Source of the DNA: Polyangiales bacterium
Lineage (GTDB): Bacteria; Myxococcota_A; Polyangia; Polyangiales; Ga0077539
Reading direction: 5' to 3'
Length of the DNA stretch: 64,000 nt
NCBI GenBank assembly: GCA_044229975.1
Contig: JBGARZ010000014.1
Coordinates: 32,001 to 96,000 of the forward strand
Shown here piece by piece: positions 1 to 9,962 of the stretch. The position numbers and the translations under genes were made by a program. The stretch's first letter is position 1. The number at the start of each line of letters is the position of its first letter. A model generated the notes under the pieces. It was not told where the DNA came from and made no database searches. It worked only from the letters and a program-made list of their open reading frames with translations.

Positions 1-1251
1 TCCAGCATCGACGACCGCAACGACGACGGGCGGCGCGGGCGCAGCCACAACGACGGGTGGAGGAGGTGGTGTCACAGCGGGCGGTCGTGGTGGTGCGACG
101 TGAGCGCGCGGTGCGGGTGGACGCGCGACCGGGGGAGGGGATGTGGTCGACGACAGGGCGATGGCGACCCCGGCGACGAGCGCGGCGACGACGAGCGTGG
201 CGACGATGTGGCGGGCGTGGCCGCGGGTGGCGGGCCCGGGAGTGGGGAGCGCGGGCGCGGTGGTGGCGAGGGTGTCATCGGGGCCGAGCGTTCCGGTGCC
301 GACGCGCGGGCTCGGCATCGGCAGCGGGGCGGGGCGCATCTCCGAGACGGCGCCGCTGCGGTTGCGCATGGTCGAGGAGATCTTGAGCACGCCGCCGTGC
401 ATCTCCGGCGCGGTCGCGAGCGCGTCGCCCATCTGGCGGGCGCTCGGCCAGCGGGCGTCGAGGTCCTTGGTGAGCGCGCGATCGACCACGTCGAGGAGCG
501 CCTTCGACAGGTCGGGTCGCAGCTTCTTCAGCGACGGAACCTCCCCCAGGATGATGCTCACCATGATGACGTTGGGGTTGTCGCCGTCGTAAGGCGGAAC
601 GCCCGCGAGCGCGTGGAAGAGCACCGCGCCGACGGCCCAGAGGTCGGCCCTGCCGTCGACCGGGTGCCCCTGGGCCTGCTCGGGGGACATGTAGTGGGGC
701 GTTCCCATGACGGCCTTGCCGACGGTGAGGCCGCGGGAGACGTTTCGCGCGATGCCGAAGTCGAGGAGCTTCACCTTCGTGCGTCCGTCATGGTCGCGGG
801 TGAGGAAGACGTTGGCCGGCTTGATGTCCCGGTGCACGAAGCCGCGCGCGTGGGCGGCGCCGAGCGCGTCGAGGAGCTGCGCCATCACGCCGAGCAGCGT
901 GCGGGCGTCCATGGTTCCGCGCTCGACGGAGGCTTCGAGGTCTTCGCCTTCGAGGTATTCGAGCACCACGTAGAGCCCGAGCTGCGGGTCTTCGCCGGCG
1001 TCGAGCACCTCGACGATGTTGGGGTGACCGATGGACGACGGCGCCTGCGCCTCTTGCAGGAAGCGATCGACCGCGTCTTGCGACGACGCGAAGTCGGGGC
1101 CCATCACCTTCACCGCGACGCGCCGACCCGTGTACGCGTGACGCGCTTCGTACACCGCGCCCATGCCGCCGATGCCGAGCACGCGGCTGACGTCGTACTT
1201 GCCGCCGATCCTCCCCCCGACGAGGCGCTGCGCGTAGCTGACACGATCCAT
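1..1251 (-). CDS. Hanks-type Ser/Thr protein kinase, partial (3' end runs off the left edge)
   Basis: Not in the ORF track. Manual translation from ATG 1251 gives MDRVSYAQRLVGGRIGGKYDVSRVLGIGGMGAVYEA..VAVK..HRDIKPANVFL..KLLDFGIA..GTPHYMSPEQ, followed by a Pro/Ala-rich linker. Confidence 0.93.
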   Translation of the reverse strand, partial: MDRVSYAQRLVGGRIGGKYDVSRVLGIGGMGAVYEARHAYTGRRVAVKVMGPDFASSQDAVDRFLQEAQAPSSIGHPNIVEVLDAGEDPQLGLYVVLEYLEGEDLEASVERGTMDARTLLGVMAQLLDALGAAHARGFVHRDIKPANVFLTRDHDGRTKVKLLDFGIARNVSRGLTVGKAVMGTPHYMSPEQAQGHPVDGRADLWAVGAVLFHALAGVPPYDGDNPNVIMVSIILGEVPSLKKLRPDLSKALLDVVDRALTKDLDARWPSARQMGDALATAPEMHGGVLKISSTMRNRSGAVSEMRPAPLPMPSPRVGTGTLGPDDTLATTAPALPTPGPATRGHARHIVATLVVAALVAGVAIALSSTTSPPPVARPPAPRAHVAPPRPPAVTPPPPPVVVAAPAPPVVVAVVDAG

Positions 1252-1274
1252 GGAAGGTCCCTCGCGCTCCCGTC

Positions 1275-2498
1275 TCAGGTCCCTGGCACGCCGCACCGGC
1301 CCGCGTCGACCATGCTGCCGACGCCCGCCGCGGTGACGCACATGCCCTCGCAGCAGCGGTCGCGGGAGTTGCAGATGTTGCCGCACGCGCCGCAGTTTCG
1401 GTTCTCGACGACGGTGTCGGCGCAGAGTCGACCGCAGCAGCTCAGCCCCGTGGTGCACGCGTTGTTGCACGCGCCGCAGTGCTCGGCGTTGTTGGTCACG
1501 TCGGTGCACCGCCCGTTGCAACACTCCATCCCCGCGGCGCACGCCATCCCGCAGGCGCCGCAGTGGGCGGGGTCGGTGAGGTAGTCCTGGCAGACCGTCC
1601 CGCAGCAGATCTGCTCGCGGCTGCATGACCCGCAGCGATCGACGCCGACTTCGCGCGGGGGAGTCGGCCCGCGGTCCGTCGACGATGGCGCGTCCTCCGC
1701 GACGAGGTCGGCGTCCACGATGCGGGTGTCCATCACCGGCTCTGCGTCGACGACGGGCGTGTCCATCACCGAACCCGCATCGACGACGGGTGCATCCATC
1801 GCCGCGGCCGGGACGTCCGCCCCGAGGCCCGCGTCTCGCGGCGTGACGGCGAAGCTCGCGTCGAGGGCGCCCGCGTCGAGCGGCCCTGCGTCGGGCAACG
1901 GCGTGAACATCTGCGTCGGCGGGTTGTCGACCGGCTCACACGACCGCCGACCGCAGGTGGTCTCGGGCGGGCACACGGCGCCGATGCAGAGCGACGACAG
2001 CCACACCTCGACGACCTGCGTGGACTCCTTCACGAAGGGCACCACGAAGCGTCGGCGGATGCGCTCGGTGGTGTTGGGTTCGCCCGGCGGGCCGGGAACC
2101 CTCGCGACCGCGACGACCACCACACCCACGCGGGTCGGCGCGTCGGGGTCGGCGGGCGCGACGGTGATGTCCCCGGGCAGCACGTTGGGCGCCGTGGCCA
2201 CCGGGCCGTCGACGAAGGTGCGGCAGAAGAGCTCGGCGTCGTTGCCCACGCAGTCGTTGGCCTCGGGCTCGGTGCACGCCCCGCGGCACACCCGGACGAG
2301 CACGCTGTCGAGCCGGTAGGCGTTGGACGGGCACGCGGGCGTCGCGGGGCTGCCCGTGGGGCCGCACCACCCGGGGACGAGGTTTTCGGCGAGCACGCGA
2401 AACACGAGGCGCGTCGGCGGGCGCGAGCACGACAGCAGCGCCGCGACCAGCGCGACTCCCGCGGCCCTAACGACGGAGGCGGTCGAGGTCGATCTCAT
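1275..2498 (-). CDS. Secreted lipoprotein with C-terminal Cys-rich (Stig1-like, CGACGxxC) repeats
   Basis: Lipobox-like ALLSC, an Asp/Ala/Pro-rich linker (DAG repeats) and three C-x-D-x4-5-(H/N)CGAC-x3-C units. Confidence 0.8.
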   Translation of the reverse strand: MRSTSTASVVRAAGVALVAALLSCSRPPTRLVFRVLAENLVPGWCGPTGSPATPACPSNAYRLDSVLVRVCRGACTEPEANDCVGNDAELFCRTFVDGPVATAPNVLPGDITVAPADPDAPTRVGVVVVAVARVPGPPGEPNTTERIRRRFVVPFVKESTQVVEVWLSSLCIGAVCPPETTCGRRSCEPVDNPPTQMFTPLPDAGPLDAGALDASFAVTPRDAGLGADVPAAAMDAPVVDAGSVMDTPVVDAEPVMDTRIVDADLVAEDAPSSTDRGPTPPREVGVDRCGSCSREQICCGTVCQDYLTDPAHCGACGMACAAGMECCNGRCTDVTNNAEHCGACNNACTTGLSCCGRLCADTVVENRNCGACGNICNSRDRCCEGMCVTAAGVGSMVDAGRCGVPGT

Positions 2499-3753
2499 GG
2501 CGTTCGATCCACCGGTACACCTGGCGGGGGTGGGTGCCGAGGCACTCGGCGGCGCGCACGACGTTGCCGCCGGTGGCTTCGAGCGCGTCGACGATCTGCT
2601 GCGGCGTCGGGGCGCCCGCCTCGCGCGGACTGGGACGCGCCGGGGTCAGCCCGACGTCGAGCGGCGGGAGGTGACGCAGGTCGATGGGCCCGTCGCCCGC
2701 GAGCGTGGCCGAGGCGCGAAGCACCGTGCGGAGCTGACGGATGTTGCCCGGAAACGCGCTGAGAAAGAGCGCGCGACCCGCCGCGGGCGTGATGGAGGCG
2801 CGGGCGAATCCACCCGACGAGAGAATCCACGCGCTGAGCACGCCGAGGTCTTCGCGGCGGCGGCGCAGCGGGGGGATGGCGGCGACGTAGCCCGCGAGGC
2901 TGCGGAGGAGATCGGCGCGGAAGGAGGTCGACGGCTCGAAGAGGTTGACCGTGGTGGTGGCGATCCAGCGCAGGTCGAGGGGCTTCGTCGGGACGGCGCC
3001 GGCGGGCGTGAGGCGCCCCTCGTCGATGACCCGCAGGAGGGCGGCCTGCGCGGCGTCGCCGAGGCGGTCGACCTCGTCGAGGATGACGGTGCCGCCGTTG
3101 TCGGGATCACCGAGCGCGCGACCGAGGGCGGCGCCGTCGGCGAGGGTGGCGCACTCGATGACGCGCAGCGAATCACCGCGGCCGCTCCACTCGTGCACGG
3201 CGCGCGCGGCGGTCTCCTTGCCGACGCCCGCGTCGCCGTTGAGGAGGATGGGCTCGCGCGATCGGGCCATGAGCCGCAGGTCGCGGAGCACCACGGCCAT
3301 CTCGGCGTTGCGCGTCGCGGTGGGCACCGCCGTCTGCGCCGCGGCGTTGCGCGCGACGGCGGCGTGCTCGTCGACGAGGCGGTAGCAGAAGAGCGTGTGG
3401 CCCACCTCGATGACGTCGCCGTCGGCGAGAGCGCGGTAGCGGTCGACGCGCTCGCCGTTGACCCAGGTGCCGTTGCGGCTGCCGTCGTCCTGCACGACGT
3501 CGGAGGTGCCGACGCGTCGCAGGTGGCAGTGGTTGGTCGAGGCCCGGCGGTCGGGGACGGTGAGGCGCGAGCGCTCGACGAGGCGCGCGGCGGTCTCTCC
3601 CTCGGCCGAGCGCCCGAGGCGAAACGGCAGCGCGTCGTCGTCGATGACGTGGGACGCGCCGACGTCCGCGAGGAGGTCGTCGAAGCAGAGCATCGCGACC
3701 AGCGCGCGAACCTTGCGCGGCGAGTCGCTCCCATTCTCCTTGAACGTCGCCAT
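2467..3753 (-). CDS. FHA-domain sigma54-type AAA+ transcriptional regulator with Fis-type HTH (degenerate, no GAFTGA)
   Basis: FHA motifs (LGR, ASTNHC, SRNGTWVNG, LADGDVIEVG). AAA+ motifs GDAGVGKE, VILDEV, FRADL, PPLRRRREDL, FPGNIRQL. C-terminal HTH ALEATGGNVVRAAECLG. Confidence 0.9.
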   Translation of the reverse strand: MATFKENGSDSPRKVRALVAMLCFDDLLADVGASHVIDDDALPFRLGRSAEGETAARLVERSRLTVPDRRASTNHCHLRRVGTSDVVQDDGSRNGTWVNGERVDRYRALADGDVIEVGHTLFCYRLVDEHAAVARNAAAQTAVPTATRNAEMAVVLRDLRLMARSREPILLNGDAGVGKETAARAVHEWSGRGDSLRVIECATLADGAALGRALGDPDNGGTVILDEVDRLGDAAQAALLRVIDEGRLTPAGAVPTKPLDLRWIATTTVNLFEPSTSFRADLLRSLAGYVAAIPPLRRRREDLGVLSAWILSSGGFARASITPAAGRALFLSAFPGNIRQLRTVLRASATLAGDGPIDLRHLPPLDVGLTPARPSPREAGAPTPQQIVDALEATGGNVVRAAECLGTHPRQVYRWIERHEIDLDRLRR

Positions 3754-3828
3754 GGGCCCTTCGGCGAATCTAGACGATCACCGCGTGGGCGCGAACACCC
3801 GACGACGCGGATTCCTCGGGCGCGCTGA

Positions 3829-3878
3829 TGACACGGTCTGAGACAGACCGTGAGACACCCGGTCGGACCCGGAGTGTC
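3829..3878. promoter_or_regulatory. Palindromic/direct-repeat site between the argH 3' end and the FHA regulator (operator or terminator)
   Basis: Perfect inverted repeat CACGGTCTG-aga-CAGACCGTG (3832-3852), TGAGACA twice, and a second GACAC...GTGTC palindrome (3854-3878). Confidence 0.4.
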
Positions 3879-3889
3879 GCTGTCCAACG

Positions 3890-5281
<1,392 letters not shown>

Positions 5282-5389
5282 CGTGTCCGTGTGCTCCTTC
5301 GGGGGGCGGACCCTTACCCGACCCCCGCGAGGGCACAAGACCCATGTAGCCCGATGCCTTCCCTTCGGGTAACGCTCGCGCCCCCAACC

Positions 5390-7201
5390 ATGAACGTCCT
5401 CGTCATCAACTGCGGCAGCTCCAGCGTGAAGCTCGACCTGCTCGACCCCCGCACCGGCGAGCGCGCCGCCACCGCCCGCATCGAGCGAGTGGGCCGCGCC
5501 GAGTGCACCCTCTACCAGGGTGACGCTGTCGTCGCGCTGCCCGACGCCGACCACGCGGGCGCCCTCGCCGTCGCGCTGCCGCGCCTCCTCGAAGGCCGCG
5601 CCGTCGACGCCGTGGGTCACCGCGTCGTCCACGGGGGCGAGCGCTTCAACGCCCCGACGCTGCTCGACGACGCCACGGTCGATGCGCTCGGCGGGCTCAG
5701 CTCGCTCGCGCCGCTGCACAACCCGGCCAACCTCGCGGGCATCATCGCGGCGCGCGCGCTGCTCCCGCGGGCCGCGCACGTCGCGGTCTTCGACACGGCC
5801 TTCCACGCGACGCTGCCGCGGCGGTCGCGCTCGTACGCGCTGCCGAAGGCGCTGGTGGAGAAGCACGGGCTGCGGCGCTACGGCTTCCACGGCACGAGCC
5901 ACGCGTGGGTGGCGCAGCAGGCGTCGCAGCACCTGAAGGAAGACCTCCGGGGCTTGCGTCTCATCACCTGTCACCTCGGCAACGGCGCGAGCGTGACGGC
6001 CATCGAGGCGGGGCGTTCGGTGGAGACCAGCATGGGCATGACCCCGCTGGAGGGCCTCGTGATGGGAACGCGCGCGGGCGACGTCGACCCCGGCGTGGTG
6101 CTGGAGATCGCGCGCCGCGAGGGCCTCGACATCAACGGCCTCGACCGGGTGCTCAACCAGCAGTCGGGCCTGCTCGGGATGTCGGGCGTGGGGAACGATC
6201 TGCGGGACATCGAGGCGCGCGCGGCGGCGGGCGACGAGGATTGTCGGTTGGCGATCCAGGTGTTTGCGCACCGGGTGCGGAAGTACATCGGGGCGTACGC
6301 CGCGGTGATGGGCGGCGTCGACGCCATCGTGTTCACGGCGGGCATCGGCGAGAACAGCGCGCTCATGCGGCACCGCATCGCGCAGCGGCTCGACTTCCTG
6401 GGCGCCCGCTTCGACGAAGACCGCAACCGCGACGCGACGGTGAGCGCCGCGCATCCCGTGGCGGAGTTCTCCGAGGAGGGATCGCGGGTGCGGCTGCTGG
6501 TGGTTGCGACCGACGAGGCGCGGGCCATCGCCCACGACGCGGCGCTGCTCTCGGCGGGCGCGCAGTCGGTGGAGGCGGCGAGCGTGATCCCCATCGCCAT
6601 CTCGGCGCGGCACATCCATCTCACGCGCGAGGCGGTGGAGACGCTGTTTGGCGCGGGGCACAAGCTCACGCCGTACAAGCCGCTGAGTCAGCCGGGGCAG
6701 TTTGCGTGCGAGGAGAAGCTCACGGTGGTGGGGCCGAAGGGCAAGCTCGCCAGCGTGCGGGTGCTCGGCCCCGAGCGGCCTGATTGTCAGGTCGAGGTGT
6801 CTCGGACCGATGAGTTCACGCTCGGGGTCGACGCGCCGGTGCGCGACTCGGGCGACGTCGCCAACAGCCCGGGCATCACGCTCGAAGGGCCCGCCGGGAG
6901 TCTCACGCTGACCAAGGGGCTCATCTGCGCGCGACGGCACATCCACATGCACCCCGACGACGCGGCGCGCTTCGGCGTGAAGGACCGCGACGTGGTCGAG
7001 GTCGCCGTCGACACGGACGGTCGCGACATGGTGTTCGGTGATGTGCTCATCCGGGTGAGCCCGAAGTTCAAGCTGGAGATGCACGTGGACACCGACGAGG
7101 CCAACGCGGCGCAGCTCCACGGGGGCGACGGCGGCGTGCTCGCGAGCACGGCGGGCTCGGTGCGGTTGCGCAAGCGGAGCGTGGGCTTCGACGCGGAGTG
7201 A
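5390..7201 (+). CDS. ackA: Acetate kinase fused to a C-terminal PduL-type phosphate acyltransferase
   Basis: AckA motifs MNVLVINCGSSS, GHRVVHGG, LAPLHNP, FDTAFH, YGFHGTSH, HLGNGAS, TSMGMTPLEG, FTAGIGENS. From ~6587, PduL motifs ISARHIHL, LSQPGQFA, VRVLGPER..QVEVSRTD, ARRHIHM, EMHVDTDEANA. Confidence 0.93.
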   Translation: MNVLVINCGSSSVKLDLLDPRTGERAATARIERVGRAECTLYQGDAVVALPDADHAGALAVALPRLLEGRAVDAVGHRVVHGGERFNAPTLLDDATVDALGGLSSLAPLHNPANLAGIIAARALLPRAAHVAVFDTAFHATLPRRSRSYALPKALVEKHGLRRYGFHGTSHAWVAQQASQHLKEDLRGLRLITCHLGNGASVTAIEAGRSVETSMGMTPLEGLVMGTRAGDVDPGVVLEIARREGLDINGLDRVLNQQSGLLGMSGVGNDLRDIEARAAAGDEDCRLAIQVFAHRVRKYIGAYAAVMGGVDAIVFTAGIGENSALMRHRIAQRLDFLGARFDEDRNRDATVSAAHPVAEFSEEGSRVRLLVVATDEARAIAHDAALLSAGAQSVEAASVIPIAISARHIHLTREAVETLFGAGHKLTPYKPLSQPGQFACEEKLTVVGPKGKLASVRVLGPERPDCQVEVSRTDEFTLGVDAPVRDSGDVANSPGITLEGPAGSLTLTKGLICARRHIHMHPDDAARFGVKDRDVVEVAVDTDGRDMVFGDVLIRVSPKFKLEMHVDTDEANAAQLHGGDGGVLASTAGSVRLRKRSVGFDAE

Positions 7202-7209
7202 CGGTCCGC

Positions 7210-9102
7210 TCACCCCTTCGGTGACGCTCCCTCGACGAACTGCCTCAGGTGCCACGCCTGGAGGAAGAGCTTGCGCTCGGCCTTGCTGAGCGTGTCACGC
7301 ACGCCCGTCAGGAAGAGGATGGGCAGCGTCACGAAGGTCACGCTCACGTAGAGCAGCAACGGGATGGTGAGCTGCGGCGTGAGACGCACCACGCGCGCCC
7401 GCAGCACGAGGTCGCCGTGCTCGAAGGCATACCCGGGCGCAAACACCCCGAGCCACTCCAGGACGAAGGGGGCTGCCGTCGCGAGGGCGCCCATGCCGAT
7501 GACGGTCCAGCGCTCGTAGCGCTCGTGGCACTGGAGGGCGATCCACATGGTGGCGACGGCCATCGCCTGCGGCACCAGCACGAAGGGCCCGAGGAAGCAC
7601 GCGACGCTCGCGACCGTGGCAAACACCAGCGCCGACAGCAGCAGCGCATGAATGGTGGTGAGCACCCTCCGCTGGCGCATCCACAGCGAGTACACGTACG
7701 ACGCGAGCGACAACCCCGAGCTCAACCCCCAGGCCGTCCACGACATCACGCCCATGAGCGCGATGACCGGCGAGGTGAGCATCCAGCTCGCCAGGGCGTA
7801 CGACCCGAAGCGGAGAAACTCCTCGCGGTTCTGCCGCTGCGCCACGCGCATCTCGGCCTCGACCGCGGGCGGCATCTTCGCCGGAACCTCCACCAGCAAG
7901 CGCACCAGCAGCCGCCGCGCCGCCTCGTTGCTCGCGTCGAGCGCCAGCGCCGAGAGCACCTCGCGCGTCGCGTCGGCGCGGGCCCGCTGCTCCTCCTCGG
8001 CCGTCGCGCTCTTCGTCGAGACGCTCGCCATCACCTCCTCGGCGGTGCGGACATGGGCCGTGGCGAGCGCGCGTCGTTGCTCGGTGTCGCGGTCGCCGTC
8101 GAGGTAGCGCCCGATGGCGTCGGCCAGCTCACGCGCGCTCGCAAACCGCGCGTTGGGGTCGCGCGCCGAGGCCGTGGCGCAGGCCGCGTCGAGCTCCGGC
8201 GGGATGTTGGCGGCGACCGCGGACGGGCGCCCTTCGGGCAGGTCGAGCGTCGAGGCCGAGAGCTCGGTGAGCGACGTCCCCTGGTGCAGCCGCCGCAACG
8301 TCAGGATCTCGTACAGCATCACCCCGAGCGAGTAGATATCGGAGCGCGCGTCCTGCTCGGAGGCCGCGCCGATGACCTGCTCGGGGGACATGTAGCCGGG
8401 CGTTCCGATCATGTTGCCGTGGCCCGTGCGCTCGCCGTCGGGGACGAGCACCGGGGCCTGCGTGGCGATGCCGGTGGAGAGGCGCGCGACGCCCCAGTCG
8501 AGCGTGTACACCTCGCCGAAGTCGCCGAGCATGATGTTGGAGGGCTTGAGGTCGCGGTGCAGCACGCCGCGCGCGTGGGCGTAGTCGAGCGCGAGGCACA
8601 CCCGCACAAACGCCTCCAGCAGCTTGCGCTGCGAGAACGCCACCCGCATCGCCGCATCGCCCCGAGCGAGGGCCGCGATGACCTCCGCGAGCGTGTGGCC
8701 GCGCACCCGGCGCATGGCGAAGAAGAGCGCGCCGTCGGGGGTCGTCCCGAGGTCGTACACCGGCACGATGGAGGGGTGCTCCAACTGCCCCTGCACCTGG
8801 GCTTCGCGGAGGAAGCGGCGGCGCGCCCCGGGGCTCGCCTCGCGGCGGGTGAGCAGGGTCTTCACCGCCACGTCGCGGCCGATGGTCACGTCGCGGCAGA
8901 GGCGCACCTCGCCCATGCCGCCGGTGCCGATCACCTCGTGCACCTCGTAGCGCCGCGCGGGGTCGAAGCTCACCTGGTCGGCGTCGAGCTCGGCCACGCT
9001 CGCGAGCGTCGCGTCCTGGTCGGCGCCCACCGTCGCCGCCCGCCACATGGACTGGTCGGTCGCTGCGCCAGAGTTCCCCGGCGGGTCCTCACGGGATTCC
9101 AT
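7210..9102 (-). CDS. Ser/Thr protein kinase with C-terminal multi-pass membrane domain
   Basis: GTGGMGEV, VAVK, HRDLKPSN, DWG, GTPGYMSPEQ, plus about six hydrophobic helices at the C-terminus. Confidence 0.92.
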   Translation of the reverse strand: MESREDPPGNSGAATDQSMWRAATVGADQDATLASVAELDADQVSFDPARRYEVHEVIGTGGMGEVRLCRDVTIGRDVAVKTLLTRREASPGARRRFLREAQVQGQLEHPSIVPVYDLGTTPDGALFFAMRRVRGHTLAEVIAALARGDAAMRVAFSQRKLLEAFVRVCLALDYAHARGVLHRDLKPSNIMLGDFGEVYTLDWGVARLSTGIATQAPVLVPDGERTGHGNMIGTPGYMSPEQVIGAASEQDARSDIYSLGVMLYEILTLRRLHQGTSLTELSASTLDLPEGRPSAVAANIPPELDAACATASARDPNARFASARELADAIGRYLDGDRDTEQRRALATAHVRTAEEVMASVSTKSATAEEEQRARADATREVLSALALDASNEAARRLLVRLLVEVPAKMPPAVEAEMRVAQRQNREEFLRFGSYALASWMLTSPVIALMGVMSWTAWGLSSGLSLASYVYSLWMRQRRVLTTIHALLLSALVFATVASVACFLGPFVLVPQAMAVATMWIALQCHERYERWTVIGMGALATAAPFVLEWLGVFAPGYAFEHGDLVLRARVVRLTPQLTIPLLLYVSVTFVTLPILFLTGVRDTLSKAERKLFLQAWHLRQFVEGASPKG

Positions 9103-9274
9103 GGTGTCTCATCGTCGCCCGGTTTCGCCGGTCGGGCCAAACACGAACGCGCACACAAAGCAGAAAGAACCCGCGTAGAAACAGGGAAACCGTGTGAGGG
9201 CGCTTGTGCTTGTGGTTGTGGCTGCGAGAAGCGCCGTGATAGCGTCCGCGCCGCGTTTGCAGGGAGCGAATGGA

Positions 9275-9943
9275 ATGAAGCACGGATGGATGGCGCTCGT
9301 GGGTCTGGGTCTCGGCTCGATGGTCGCCGTGACGGTCGGCTGTGAGGGCGAGAGCAAGCTCACCGTGGTGACGGAAGAGGGCGCGACGGCGCCGCACGTC
9401 AACCTGCCTACGGTTCCGACGCTGCCGCCGCCGCCGCCGGTCAACCACACCGACGGGTCGTTTACCGTCTACGGCGTGCGCCACCAGGGCACCCGCGACC
9501 CCAACCTCTGGAACAAGCAGCAGCGCGTCCACGGCTACATCGTGAGCGTGTACACGGCGCGCAACGAGCGCGGCCAGCCCTGCACCGAGCGCGACCGCTG
9601 TGTCGAAGAGCGGCCGCACGTGTACATCTCGGACACCCGCGCCGAGCGCGACCCGGCCAAGATGATGATGGTGACGGGCTACGCGACCTTCCAGCGCGAG
9701 ATCGAAGACGCGCGCCGCGACGCCCGCGCGGGCCGTCAGCCCACCGCGGCCCAGCAGGCGCAGATCGCCGCGGGTCTCGTGAAGCCCGTGCCCACAGACT
9801 TCGACGAGGGCGCCGAGGTGGTGGTCACCGGCAACCTCGTCCGCCGCGCCGCCAATGGCCAGGCCGACTCCGCGGGTCTGCTCGAGTACATCTCGCACAC
9901 CACCACGACCCCCGCGCCGCCCGCCGCCCCCGCGCGGCACTGA
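9275..9943 (+). CDS. Hypothetical lipoprotein (possible OB-fold)
   Basis: Signal peptide with VTVGC lipobox, Pro-rich linker, strong GC3 codon bias and GGAG upstream. Confidence 0.75.
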   Translation: MKHGWMALVGLGLGSMVAVTVGCEGESKLTVVTEEGATAPHVNLPTVPTLPPPPPVNHTDGSFTVYGVRHQGTRDPNLWNKQQRVHGYIVSVYTARNERGQPCTERDRCVEERPHVYISDTRAERDPAKMMMVTGYATFQREIEDARRDARAGRQPTAAQQAQIAAGLVKPVPTDFDEGAEVVVTGNLVRRAANGQADSAGLLEYISHTTTTPAPPAAPARH

Positions 9944-9962
9944 GCCCCGCTCCTCCCCTCCG

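Noticed and set aside
9103..9274. A-rich then GT-rich divergent spacer as a structured ncRNA
   Set aside because: Complementarity (CACAAAGC/GCTTGTG) is short and imperfect. It is adequately explained as a divergent promoter region (TTGTGG-N18-TAGCGT).
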